NCBI GenBank assembly: GCA_951406725.2
Contig: OX597827.1
Location: forward strand, 52,576,001-52,640,000
Source of the DNA: Octopus vulgaris
Lineage: Eukaryota
Direction of reading: 5' to 3'
Length of the DNA stretch: 64,000 nucleotides
This document shows, piece by piece, positions 24,820 to 36,708 of this stretch (position 1 is the stretch's first letter; each line of letters opens with the position of its first letter). The position numbers and the translations under genes are program-made. The notes below the pieces were generated by a model. The model ran no database searches. It saw only the letters and a program-made list of their open reading frames with translations, and was not told where the DNA came from.

Positions 24820-27374
24820 CTGGTAAGAAAACAAAATGAATAAGATTTAATGAAATGTAATAGAAGACTTTATAAGCTAGTAGCAAACACTCTACATCAG
24901 AAGTCCTCAGCCTTCTTGTATCTAAGACCATTCTTATAAGTCTCAGTGATGGTACCAATTTATTTGAAAGACAAATTAATAGTTGGACCTATACATAAAC
25001 ATCAAACACAAGAACAAAAATAAATTAATGTGAAACAGCTATATTTTTATGCAAAAAAAAAAAAAATTTAGAAGTAATTTAAAAATAATGTCATTTTTGG
25101 CACTGAATTTCACTGGCCGATGCCTCAAAATGGTGATGATGTACCTGTTTGTAAATGGTCATCAAAATAAAATATACATTGATAAATTGAGATCTATAGT
25201 TTGAGCATTATAATGCTAAAAGTTGAAAACAGATTCACATAGCTAAGTTGATCCAAAAGAGGTTTTATTCTGTATGCCATTCATTTTAAAAATGGAAATA
25301 TTTTCCTAATAACCAAATCTCAAAAGTTACCTGCAAAAAAGGATTTTAGCTCAAAATCTCAAGTTTCAAATATTCTATTCTTATCTGAACAAGTCTTCCA
25401 ACAGATTCATTTGAATCTGTTAGATTTATGTAACATGTAAAAGGATTTAGATTTTAAAAAAAGTGATAACTAGCTCCATGATAGTAACGCAAACTTTTTA
25501 CAGACTATTCTGGCAGATAAGAAATGATGAAAAGTTAGCGTCATGATTAGTTGTACATGTCATTTTTGGAAAATGTACATGAAATTTGATCTTCAGCTGA
25601 AAAATCTACAAAATCAGTTTTTCTTTAAATAATTTTACAGGGCTTATCAATAACCTTTCTCTCCAAGCTCCAAGTTTAAAGAATTTGAGTTGTCTGTGAT
25701 AAAACACCCACATCCACTGACTAGCAAGAGTAATTTTGTTGGTTAATATTTTGATTTTGGGGTTTGAGAAAATGTTTCTTCAATTAAACTTATAAACCTT
25801 AAAAGAACTTTGTCATTATTTAGCCATCATACTTCTGTATGTAAGATGAGATCAGGTTTATCATCTGTATTTTTGTATTTTTTTTCTGTAAAACTCTGAA
25901 AAGTCAATGAAGCACTTAAGTTGTTGATTGTTTTATAACATCATTCATGACATAATTAGGTGAAAGTATTTTGCCACACAATGCTTCTTGATGGATAGAT
26001 AGTATATTGGAATGACAGGGTTTGGAAAAAATTTATCCTTTTTTACAGAGTGCAATACATTCTTTGACAATGATGTCCATTGCTAGTGCCCTGTTAGTGG
26101 TGATCACAGACAGTATGTTCAGAAGCATATGTACTGATACTGCATATAGTTTGAATGTTATAATATTCTTATCCTTTCATTGGCAATATTTTGAATAACT
26201 ATTGAAAACTTTGCCTACAACACTCACTAAATACCATTCTTACCCTAACTTTTAGCTAAGTTATGTCTGATAAGAGCTGGAAGAAATGGATACTTAGAAG
26301 CATTTCTTCTGTCTCATTATGTTCTGAATACAAATTCTGCCAGCTTTATCTTCAATCGTTTTGGGGTCAATAAAATAAAGCACCAGCCAGGTACTGGGGG
26401 TTGATGCAATTAACTTGCCCTTACCTACCAAAAATTGCTGGCCTGGAGCTAAAATTAAATAAATAGATAAAACTGTAATTTGAACTAATCACATATTACT
26501 CAGATAATCTTTCACTGAATTTGCCTTTCAATTGAAATTACTTGTATACTTGTAGTGTTGTCTAATAATGTATATATCTTGTATTGTTGATACAATCTCA
26601 TGTTAGAAAACCCATTGAATAAGCTATTACTACCACTTGGAAATACTTCTTTTAACAACTCATCACACTGGAATGTTTTTCTTCCTTTTTTTTAAAATTT
26701 TTATGAGAAAGTGTGAGAAATTCTGACAGAATAGTAGTATTTTTAGATTTTACCACATTTCAAGTAAAAAAAAAAAAAAAAGCAGTAGCTGGATAGATAG
26801 ACTTTAGTTGACTTATTTTCTGCTTTTAATTGGCTGCCTACTATTAAAAGATAAGTGATTAGACTGTAAAGGATGTTCAACATTGTGTTTTTTTCCCCTT
26901 CTTGATGCATCAACAATACCAGCAAACAATAAACAAATACTGAGGAAAGAATAGGCTTTGTTTCATTTTGTGTCAAAGTGGTACATTCTTTAGTTTTTAC
27001 TTTGGGCCACACGTTTTATGATTAAAAGTAAAAAATATTACAGAAAGAAAAAAAAAGCATGAGAAACAACAGTATTGGGGTTCTTGTGGGAGTGGAAGGT
27101 TTTTGCTTTCAAAAACAAAAACTGTTAGCTTTTATGCCAATATATGCAATCAAATTTGTTTATACCATTGAACTAAGGTGGTGCTACTAATGTTTAAGAG
27201 ATCCCATGAAGGTAACTTTAGTAAAATATTGCTTTCTAAATGTTCACAATACTGGTATTTTAAATACTTGTTTAGAAACATTTTATGGGCCAGAGGAAAC
27301 CAGTTGGAGAATATAGTGTACTCAGTGAGTTAAATAAGTAACCTTAAAAAAAGTAAAATAAAAATATTCATCAT

Positions 27375-27742
27375 GGGTGCGGGGATGGATGTGTGGTAAG
27401 AAATTTGCTTCCCAACCACATGGTTCTGGGTTCAGTCCTACTGCATGGCAACTTGGGCAAGTGTCTTCAACTATAGCCTCAGATCAATAAAAGCCTTGTG
27501 AGTGAATTTGGTAGATGGAAACTGAAAAAAGGCCTGTTGTATATAAATATATATGTGCGCATGTATCTTTGCGTATAGGGATGTCCTCCACCACTACTTG
27601 ACAACTGGTGTTGTTATGTTTACGTCCCTGTAACTTAGTGATTCGGCAAAAGAGACTGATAGAATAAGTACCAGGCTCAAGAAATTTTCAATGCAATGTC
27701 CCAGTATGGCCACAGCCTAATGACTGAAACAAGTAAAAGATA
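27375..27742 (+). mobile_element. tRNA-derived SINE, family 1 (near full length)
   Basis: A/B-box-like head (tggatgtgtgg...ggttcagtcc), CORE-like cttgggcaagtg segment, (TG/TA) spacer and tail tgactgaaacaagtaaaaga; homologous to 30764-31150. Confidence 0.88.
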
Positions 27743-27759
27743 GCCAGTCCATATAAGGT

Positions 27760-28140
27760 CCATTTTCCATGCTGTGGGTCGGTCAGTTTAACTGGAGCTG
27801 GTAAGGCTAGGGGCTGCACTAGGCTCTGTTGTTTGTTCTGGTATGGTTTCTAGGGCTGGATGCCCATCCTAACACCAACCACCTTACAGAATGTACTGGG
27901 TGCTTTTTATGTGGTAACAGCACCAGTGTTTTGAATGTGGCATCAACACCAGTGCTTTTTACGTGGCACCAACACTGGTACCAATTCTGCTGTGGTGGAC
28001 ACGACTTCTTGAGTACAACAAGGTGCCAGATATCATGGTCCTTAGTCATCTCCTTTGTAAGGCTAAGTGTCTTGAGATTAGCTTTCAATGCTTTGTCCCA
28101 TGTCTTCCTGGGTCATTCTCTTCCAGAAGTTCCATCCACA
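27760..28140 (-). mobile_element. RTE LINE 3' end
   Basis: Minus strand GRE*PRKTW...LTKEMTKD.DIW plus the RTE 3' UTR; ORF 27819..28088. Confidence 0.85.
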
Positions 28141-28480
28141 AGAGGGTTGATGGGTACCATGGTGCCTGTGGGGACACTATTAAGGATCTCAGTTCTACAT
28201 GGTTATTTGACCTGCGATAAATAGTTGCTAAATCACCTACAAACTATACCCTATAGTTTTAAACAACAGAGACATTCAAGAATATGATGCAAGCCCTAAC
28301 ATGCCCAAAGAAAAACAAGACAAGGTAGCCATGTGGGAATGCCTTTCAACGTGGATCTACTCAGAGTTGTTTAGCTAAATTACAACACACTGTTCATAAC
28401 AGAAGGAAATATTGAATTTCTTTCTTAGCTGTTAACCACTACATCTTAGTTAAGATTATTTCTCATGATCACTATGTCTT

Positions 28481-28694
28481 AATATTGGTTTCAAATTTTA
28501 GCACAAGGATAGCAATTTTGGGAGAGGGGTTAAGTCACATTGATCCCAGTGCTCAACTGGTACTTATTTTATCGACTCTGAAAAGATGAAAGGCAAAGTC
28601 AACTTTGGCAGAATTTGAACTCATAACGTGAAGATAGGATGAAATGCTAAGCATTTTGTTTGGCACGCTAACAATTCGGCCGAATTGCTGCCTT
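28481..28694 (-). mobile_element. SINE, family 2 (minus copy of an inverted pair)
   Basis: Reverse complement of 28709-28926. Confidence 0.88.
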
Positions 28695-28708
28695 ACCTCA
28701 ACAAGTAT

Positions 28709-28929
28709 AAAGGCAGTGAGCTGGCTGAATTGTTAGCACACCAGGCAAAATGCTTAGTGGTATTTTGTCTGCACATTCTGAGTTTAAATTCCGTTAAGAT
28801 CAACTTTGCTTTTCATCCTTTCAGGGCTGATAAAATAAGTATTGGTTGAGCACTGGGGTCAATAGAATTTGACTTATCCCCTCCCCTAAACTTGCTGGCC
28901 TTGTGCCAAAATTTGAAACCAATATTAAT
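28709..28929 (+). mobile_element. SINE, family 2, with a 9-bp TSD
   Basis: Head aaggcagtgagctggc, central tttcatcc..gataaaataagta, tail tgtgccaaaatttgaaacc; AACAAGTAT duplicated at 28700-28708 and 28930-28938. Confidence 0.9.
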
Positions 28930-28934
28930 AACAA

Positions 28935-29085
28935 GTATGTCTAAGTTGACATTATTACCAATAAATAGTCACTAAGTTGATATTACTAATAATCACTGTC
29001 TTAGCTAATATTATTACTAATAACCACTATGTCTCAGTTAGTATTACTACTAATAATTGTATCTAAGTTGATATTATTAACTATA
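28935..29085. repeat. Degenerate ~30-33 bp minisatellite (also at 28433-28480)
   Basis: Recurrent cactatgtc(t/c)tagttaatattattactaataa-like units. Confidence 0.65.
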
Positions 29086-29296
29086 AAAGTGATAGAAGTT
29101 AGAGCTGGTATAATGCTTGACTGATATTTAATTGTTGGAGTTTACTTTTCATCTCTCTGAGGTCAGTATTATTGGCACCAGAAAGATATCCACTCAACAG
29201 TACCTTGTAGATTTGTGTCTTTGAGATAAGAAGACAATGTTATTACTAGCTTCAGTTGATCTAAAAATGTCATCCAGAACAATTTAATATACTCAC

Positions 29297-29403
29297 TTTT
29301 CTAGTTTATCTTCAGCTTGTTGTCGGATGGCAGCCAGTTTTTGTTCTGCTCGGGTGATTTTCTGTTGGTAGTCTTGGACGCATTTCTTTAAAATTTCTTC
29401 ATT
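29297..29403 (-). CDS. TACC: TACC coding exon
   Basis: ttcag|...|gtgagt; NEEILKKCVQDYQQKITRAEQKLAAIRQQAEDKLE(K); 107 nt, phase 0 to 2. Confidence 0.95.
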
Positions 29404-29509
29404 CTGAATAAAAATAGATGGATTAATAAGCATTAAATACTGGAACAATTTTATTGAAATAATTCATATTCATGGAATAGTTATGCCTCCTCAGAACTAT
29501 CCGAAGATA

Positions 29510-29800
29510 TTATTACCTTTGCCTTAGCGAAGGCAGAGGTATTGTTTTCAGTCACGTTTGTTTGTTTGTTCGTGGACAAGATATCTCAAGAACTGCTGGA
29601 TGGATTTGGATGAAACTTTCAGGGATGTTTGGCCCCATGACTGGCAAAAACTGATTATATTTTAGAATTGATGCGGTACTGGAGAAGGATTCTGGATTAT
29701 TTTTCCGCCTTTTTTTACTTAATTTTTTAGTATTCTCGTTTGTGAGAGCAGTCGAGTTTATTTCGGATATTCTAATTTTACAAATCATCTCTGGATAATC
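29510..29800 (+). mobile_element. Helentron-associated non-autonomous element (HINE/DINE-1-like), probably truncated
   Basis: ttattaccttt-gccttagcgaaggc hairpin, ggtattgttttc, (TTTG)n microsatellite and gatggatttggatgaaactt core. Confidence 0.65.
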
Positions 29801-30487
29801 GTTGCCTTTCATTCTTTCAGGGGCAATAAAATAAGTACCAGCTGAGCACTTGGGTTGATGTAACTGACTTACTCACTCCTTGAAATTGCTGGCCCTCTGC
29901 TAAAATTTGAATTATCAGAAAAATGCCTAGTAGTATTTGTTCTGGTCCTTTACATTCTGAGTTTAAACACCACTGCTGCTGCTACTACTACAGCTTTATT
30001 TGTCATATGACATAACTTTGGAAGTATACTTTTGCCACCATATCAAGAAATATGGCATACATACAATAATTACAATTTACCTTTTATCAAATTTCTTGGT
30101 GCTTATACAAAATGATGACATGGATACTAATTTTCTTAAGAAAAATATTTATTTTCTTAATATAGAATTAAATAAAACAAATTCTTCATTTGTATAACTC
30201 TTCCCATGACTACTCTGTCATTTATACCCTCTTCTCATCTTCCTCTCTCTCTGATTCTTCCCTTCCTATTGTATGTGCAATGTTCCATTATTCATTGCCT
30301 GCAACCAGGCCTAGAATGTGCACTCATTCTGTACCTCATAAGTTACTTTCTTTTTCTCTCTATACAATGGAAAGCTTGATTGGAGAAATCAACCATGCAA
30401 CCATTCTTTACTTTGGCTATTATGTTTTTTAGTGACTGAAAAGAAAAACAAAGAAAAAAAAACAGTTGCTAAAAAAAAGTTTCTTAC

Positions 30488-30580
30488 TTTCTTAAAACCT
30501 TCTACAACATTTTTTGTTTTCTCATAACGTCGATGAAGATCTGAGAATGCTGTTTCCACAGACTGTAAATCTTCAAGGGC
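30488..30580 (-). CDS. TACC: TACC coding exon
   Basis: ttag|...|gtaag; ALEDLQSVETAFSDLHRRYEKTKNVVEGFKK (TACC DLxSVExxFSDL motif); 93 nt, phase 0 to 0. Confidence 0.95.
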
Positions 30581-30763
30581 CTAAAGAAATAAAAAACATC
30601 AAATGTGATATTATACAGACACACACACAAATCTTGAAGACACTTCAGAAAAGTTAAAAATGTGAAAAGCTGACAAAATATAATAATGATGTAGTGGTTT
30701 CCCACTGCTTTGTAACACTGAAATATAGCCAGGCCTTCTAAGGAATTCTTTCTTTAGAAGGAA

Positions 30764-31150
30764 AGGTGTAGGTATGGCTGTGTGGTAAGAAGTTTGCTTC
30801 CCAACCACATGGGTTCTGGGTTCAGTCCCACTGTGTGGCACCTTGGGCAAGTGTCTTTTACTATAGCCTTGGGCTGACTAAAGACTTGTGAGTGGATTTG
30901 GTAGACAGAAACTGAAAGAAGCCCATCGTGTATGTGTCTTTATGTTTGTCCCCCCACCATCACCACTTGACAACTGGTGTTGGTGTGTTTTACCTCCCTG
31001 TAACTTAGTGGTTCAGCAAAAAGGACTGATAAAATAAGTAACTAGGCTTAAAACAGTCCTGGGGTTGATTTGTTCAAGTAAAACTGTTCAAGGCAGTGCC
31101 CAACATGGGTGCAATCAAAAGACTGAAACACGTAAAAAATGAAAGATAAG
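30764..31150 (+). mobile_element. tRNA-derived SINE, family 1 (full length)
   Basis: tggctgtgtggtaag...ggttcagtcc head, ccttgggcaagtgtc segment, tail aaggcagtgc...gactgaaac; 3' fragments also at about 1318-1395, 36950-37080 (-), 39020-39170 and 61395-61640. Confidence 0.9.
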
Positions 31151-31405
31151 TAAAAATGTTCATTATTAGGTTAAATATAATCCAGTAAAGTCCAGAGAAA
31201 CTAGCTTCGGCACCTTACTGAAGACCACACGAAGTAGAGAAGAAAATAGACGTTATAAGACAAAAGAATAAAAAAAAATTTTTTTAAAAAGGTAAAAACT
31301 AGAGTGAAATAGAAATGATAATGTAGTTTAATTTAGAAATAAAAGGTAAAAACAAAACAATATAAAACAACTTACAACACTGAGAATAAATGGTAATAAA
31401 CTTAC

Positions 31406-31473
31406 TTGATCACGTTCCCGTATTAGAGTTTCCATTGATTCCTGGGAGGCACTTTTCGACTTTTCTTTTTCAG
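31406..31473 (-). CDS. TACC: TACC coding exon
   Basis: ttcag|...|gtaag; (A)EKEKSKSASQESMETLIRERDQ; 68 nt, phase 1 to 0. Confidence 0.92.
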
Positions 31474-32014
31474 CTGAATGAATGAAAAGAATATGCTTAG
31501 TGTGTGTGTGATATATATATATATATATATATATACAGAGAGAGAGATTTCAAAATGATGTAAACATAAATGACGAATTTGCTGATGAAATCATAATAAT
31601 ACTGAAACATGAACAGAGTTGTCTCTCACATTTACTGAAAAATGATGACAAAAAGCTTCTTTTTTCTCATTGCCTATTTACTTTTAGTTATCTTTTTAAT
31701 GTTGGAAGCACTAAAAAGCCAGTTGCAAATAAATATAAGGTGAGGAAAAAGAAAAAAATATTAGTTAATTTGTTGGTCCAGGAAAACAGAATTGTTTCAA
31801 AAGAAAATAGTGGCTGTTAATTGTTTTTTTAAATCATATATTAATTTCTGTTTAACATTTTTCAAACTCTATGCATTAAAAGCATGGAGTTTAAACACTA
31901 ACTTAACTACTGTTTTATATATAGATAGCATCTTTGCATAATTTCATTTTTAATAATTGAGAAATTTTAAAGTAGATGAGAAACCTCTAAATGGTATTTT
32001 TTACTCTTGGTAGG

Positions 32015-32625
32015 TCCATCATCATCAGCATCATCGTATAAAGTCCATTTTCCATGCTGGCATGGGTCGGTCAGTTTGATTAGAGCTGGTAAGGCTAGGG
32101 GCTGCACTAAGCTCTGTTGTCTGTTCTGGTATGATTTCTAGGGCTGGATGCCCATCCTAACAACAAACTACATTACAGAGTGTACTGGGTGCTTTTTACG
32201 TGGCACCATCACTGGTATCAATTCTGCTGTGATGGACACGACTTCTTGAGTACAACAAGGTGCCAGATACCTTGGTCCTTAGTCATCTCCTTTGTAAGGC
32301 TGTTTTGAGATCAGCTTTCAGTAATTTGTCCCACGTCTTTCTGGGTCTCCCTCTTCCAGAAATTCTATCCACTTTATGTGATTGGCACTTCTGTACGTAA
32401 ACTGTCTACATCAATATGACCAAATTAACAGTGTCTTCTCTCTTGTACACTACATCTAATTCCTCTTATGTCCAACTTTTTTCTCAATACGTAAGTGCTC
32501 TGTTGCACGTGTACACTGACATTGCACATCCAGCAGAGCATACTACCTTCATTCCTCTCTAGCCTTCACATGTCTTCTGCATTCAAGGTCCACATCTCAC
32601 TATCATGTAGCATTGCTATTTGTAA
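32015..32625 (-). mobile_element. RTE LINE 3' portion
   Basis: Minus strand MLHDSEMWTL.AEDM.RLERNE.SMLCWMCNVSV...GRGRPRKTW, then the 3' UTR and a (GAT)n tail. Confidence 0.88.
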
Positions 32626-32781
32626 TGCAGCTTAAGGCCATTTCAACTTTTACTGAAACAATTTTAATTCCTTATTTCCATTAAACCTTTCAGGAAATAT
32701 ACTTCCTTCCAGAAAATTAAACTACTTAAAAAAACTGAGAAGAAAGAAGGAGAGAGCATCTTTAAGAGTTTTTAGATTTAC

Positions 32782-32825
32782 CTTGTAACTGTGAAATTGT
32801 TTTTTCAAATTCTGCCACAATCAGC
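32782..32825 (-). CDS. TACC: TACC coding exon
   Basis: ttcag|...|gtaaat; (R)LIVAEFEKTISQLQ(A), matching TACC IVAEYEKTI; 44 nt, phase 2 to 1. Confidence 0.93.
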
Positions 32826-34147
32826 CTGAAATAAAATAATAAATATCATTCTATCATATACAACGAAGAGAAAAAACAATTAACAAGAAAACATATGCTA
32901 ACCGTATTCTACAACAACTATTTAATGATAATGTAATAAAGAGCAACTTTAACGAATATTGCAACACACATGCCGGTGAGAGACTGCATCTTGGTAATTT
33001 GTTCAAGTTCATAGTTTCAGCCAAACAAATCTATATTGATAAAATCAATTGTTTCAAATGCCTAGTCTCAACACAGGTGAATTTTCCTCTTAAGTTAAAA
33101 AAAAAGATCCTGTAAATTTGATTTAAAGGCAAATTATTGCTTCAATATCAGAGATCTGTTTTAACAAAAGAAGTACAATTACCTAACAATTTAGTATTTA
33201 TAATTCTAAATTTGGCCTAACTTAGTCATACTAAAAGAATAAACTGTTTTGTTTTTGCACTGAAATTAATTTTGACCTTGAGTAAAATATTTGGTACTTT
33301 TCATTAATTTATTGATAAACTAAACTAGAGTCTGAAGTATAACTAAAAGATCTTTGATGAAACTAAGATGGACTTTTTAACCAACTGAAATCTCATGCTA
33401 TTCTTCAAGTAATAATGAGATTTTAATTTAGATATGAATTTAATATTGGTTGGATGGGTTGTTAACATTAGACATCAAACTACAGGAGGGTTCAGTAGTG
33501 AAAGGTTTATCTCTTATTCAATTGAGGTGATTAAAACATCACACACTTTGATTAAACAAGGCATGTTACTATTTTGGGAGGTACCAATTAAAAAAAAAAA
33601 GGCTTTGATAATTTAAAGAACATAATCTTAATGAAAAAACCAATTATTTACACAAAAATAAAATTTCTTCCAGAAGTATTTCTATATGAGCAAGATAGTT
33701 TTCAACTACCTACAAACTGACCTTACTAGTAATGGGACCGCTTCATTTGATAGTTACTAGATGGAAAAGAATTAAATGAAGATATTGATGACTCTGTGAA
33801 GGATGTGTAAGGCTAACATACTAATTTATCTGTGATGGCAAAATTGGTTATCTAATTTTTGAAAATAGCACTTAGAGATTTAAAGGTTGAAATGCTAAAG
33901 TTGTGAATTGATTAAGAACAGAGGAGTTGATAAATTCAAATGAATGTCTCTAGGCAAAGAACATCACTTTATTTTCTTCACCCAAGCTAGTTGAAAATGC
34001 ATCCCTATCATATCAGAAGTTCAGTGGTCAATGTTAGGGAAGCCATTCAACAATTAAAAGAAATTAGTAGAGTAAAATAAAAACAACACCCAGCCACAAA
34101 AACCCACCCGAAATATTTGAAAAAGTACAGCTATGAAAACCCAGTTA

Positions 34148-34542
34148 TCTTTATATATAAAAGTAAGGTTGTATGCTGTCTGTCTCCTACGATTTAGATT
34201 CCTAACTACTCCCACATTTTGCGGTGCAGTTTAACCAAAACCGGGTATCTTATAGTCGTGATTCATATCGAGCCCTTCGGGTATTAGCATACGTCTACAA
34301 TGAGTCTACAATTTTAAAAATAATTTACCATCAATTTTTCCCATTTTTAATGCATTTTTGGCATATATAAGGGAAGTAACTCTCTAAAAATGTATTATTA
34401 AATCTCAGAACGTAAAAAGCTACAGTAACATCCCCCCTTTGTGGTTAGCCATATTGAGATGGCTATTATACTTTACATCTCTAAAAATGCTTATATAGTT
34501 ATTTCCCTTACAAACCCGAGCAACGCCGGGCGATACTGCTAG
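34148..34542 (+). mobile_element. Non-autonomous Helitron (395 bp)
   Basis: Inserted between A and T; 5' TCTTTATATATAAAA; 3' hairpin CCCGAGCAACGCCGGG followed by CTAG; no TSD. Confidence 0.9.
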
Positions 34543-34593
34543 TATTTTATAAGAACAAAAATGAAGTTAATATTTAAACTATGATTAACTGAC

Positions 34594-34793
34594 CTCATAT
34601 CTTCATTGGATTGTTTCAAGTTCCGACATTGGTCATCGAGTAACATAATTCTCTTTTCATGGTCAGTGATACGACGCTCCTTCTCTGCCAGCTTCTTGCT
34701 CCAATCCTTCTCCTTTTGGAGTAGCCGCGTCTGAAATTCCAGCTCTTGTTCCTGCTTCATTTTGTTCCACTCTGATTGGGAATATTTCAGAAC
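34594..34793 (-). CDS. TACC: TACC coding exon (start of the coiled coil)
   Basis: acag|...|gtcagt; VLKYSQSEWNKMKQEQELEFQTRLLQKEKDWSKKLAEKERRITDHEKRIMLLDDQCRNLKQSNEDM(R); overlaps ORF 34539..34805; 200 nt, phase 0 to 2. Confidence 0.92.
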
Positions 34794-35529
34794 CTGTTTC
34801 CACATTTGTGGAAGAGAGAATAAGAGGTAAATTTTAGTATATAAAAGATACTTATCTTTATACCAGGCTCACATAACAAAGTTAATAACAATTGCATAAC
34901 AATAAAAGAATCCTTTACCATCTAAAATTGAAATGCTTAAATTCAAAGAGCTAAAACAAAATCTTAGATTTCCCTTGCATTTAATTTTTGATATTTCACA
35001 TATGGGATTTCTTGGAACTTTAGACATTTCCATGAATTGCTGAGAGAAACGATTTACAGCAGTTGAGCAAGTGTAGTACTGATTAATGTTCTCAGCCTGG
35101 AAATAAGTGCAATGCAATATTTGTGGGAAAAACTGGGTAGTTTAGTGATTCAAATTCCATATATCTATCAAACGAAAACAAAATAAACCAAACATATAAT
35201 GAGTAAAAGAGGGCAATAAGGAGGTTTCATAGGAAAGATTTTGTATGTAATATATATTAACATTATATATATATATAATGTTAATATATTAACTTATAAT
35301 ACTATAACGCAAACAAAGAATGACAAAATAACTAATCAATTTAGACAAATTGCACTGATATTTGTCAGAGTTTGCATTTAATTTTCATAATTGCTGAAAG
35401 AGCTTTTGGGAGGAAGATGCTTTTCTCTTGTGTTATGTTACTGAAATTAAAATATCAACTTGTTGATGGTGGATGTTTATCTGGTATCAACTTTTCCAGC
35501 AACATTTTTCCCAGTGAGTCAATGATGAT

Positions 35530-35700
35530 GCCTCTGGGTGGTCACCTGACCTATTAGAAATATCAGTTGATTGTTTTAAGTAAGGATACACTGTGTAATG
35601 TTGTCGGAGATATGACCCTAAAAGGAGTGGTGGCTATACCTAGAAATCCTTTCATCATAAGCCTGCTTGATCAGGGTTGTTCTAAGGCTGAACAACATTG
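35530..35700 (+). mobile_element. Dispersed SINE-like repeat, family 3
   Basis: ggtcacctgacctattagaaata...tcatag/agcctgct.gatcagg...ggctaaacaac; copies at about 13700-13850 (-), 28200-28385, 35840-35897 and 61790-62560. Confidence 0.65.
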
Positions 35701-36427
35701 TTTTCTGATCAAATTTTACATTAAAAGAGTTTATGTATACTTATAAGTATACTAACAAAGAAGCATACTCCACTCCTTCTTAATTAAAAGAAGAGGAAAT
35801 AAGACAATGTTGTTCAATATACATTAAGATGGAAAGGACATGGGTGGAATGCTTTTTATCATAGGTCTGTTTGATTAAACTTGGGGCTAAACAACAATCA
35901 CAGAAATGTCAAAAATAGCCCAACAGAATATTCTGTGATTTAGGAGTACCACCTTACATTAACTCAAGTACAACTCATTTATTATTCAACTAATGGTACT
36001 TTGCGAGTCAAAGATCGATTCAAACCTGACTGTAATATTAGTGGAGTAATTTTGTGGATCATTCTGCTACAAAGTATGAGGGAGGCTTCTTGTAGCACAT
36101 CTGGATTACAACTTTAAACATTGTCCAACACTGTCTATTAGACAAAATTTACCAGAAGATTCTCTCATGGAATTAAAACAAAGATGTCTTTTCATATATA
36201 TATATATGTGTGTAAATAATTCAATTAGAGGTTATGTTGGCCTCATGAAGGGAAGCTGTCATCCAAAGAAATATTGGTTCAATACCTAATATTTTTTTTT
36301 TGGGGGGGATAAATATCCATAAAATAATAGGTTTATAATCATGGAAATGAAGAATAAGAAACCGGAGAAATTGAAGTTAATAAGGGTTTATTATTGGCAA
36401 AAAAAACCCAAAAAACTGATCATTATG

Positions 36428-36507
36428 CCTTACAGCTGTTTCAATTAAGCCCAGTGAAGTTAAATAAATGCTAAAATCATATTTCTGAGCATAATCTCTT
36501 CAGAAGG
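36428..36507 (-). ncRNA. Type I hammerhead ribozyme motif with intact core
   Basis: Minus strand ccTT-CTGAAGA-GATTATGCTCAG...CTGGGCTTAATT-GAAA-C-AGCT-G-TA-AGG; long stem II, palindromic stem III, GUA cleavage triplet, short stem I. Confidence 0.65.
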
Positions 36508-36628
36508 AGAAAAAAAAAACCCCATAGGTGTATACTTTGTGTTAGTTTGCAGAATCATCACGGCAGACTCTGCCTTGATGATTCTACAAACCTCCAAAAA
36601 ATCTAAGAGTATATATATATTTTTTTCT

Positions 36629-36708
36629 CCCTCTGAAGAGATTGCGCTCAGAAATATAATTGTAACTTTTATTTAAGTTCACTGAGTTTAATTGAAGCAG
36701 CTGTAAGG
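36629..36708 (+). ncRNA. Hammerhead ribozyme motif, mutated (GAAG instead of GAAA)
   Basis: cct-CTGAAGA-GATTGCGCTCAG...CTGAGTTTAATT-GAAG-CAGCTGTA-AGG. Confidence 0.5.

Noticed and set aside
27380-27450. tRNA-like A/B boxes (also at 30770-30835)
   Set aside because: These are SINE heads; no complete cloverleaf, and they continue into the SINE body
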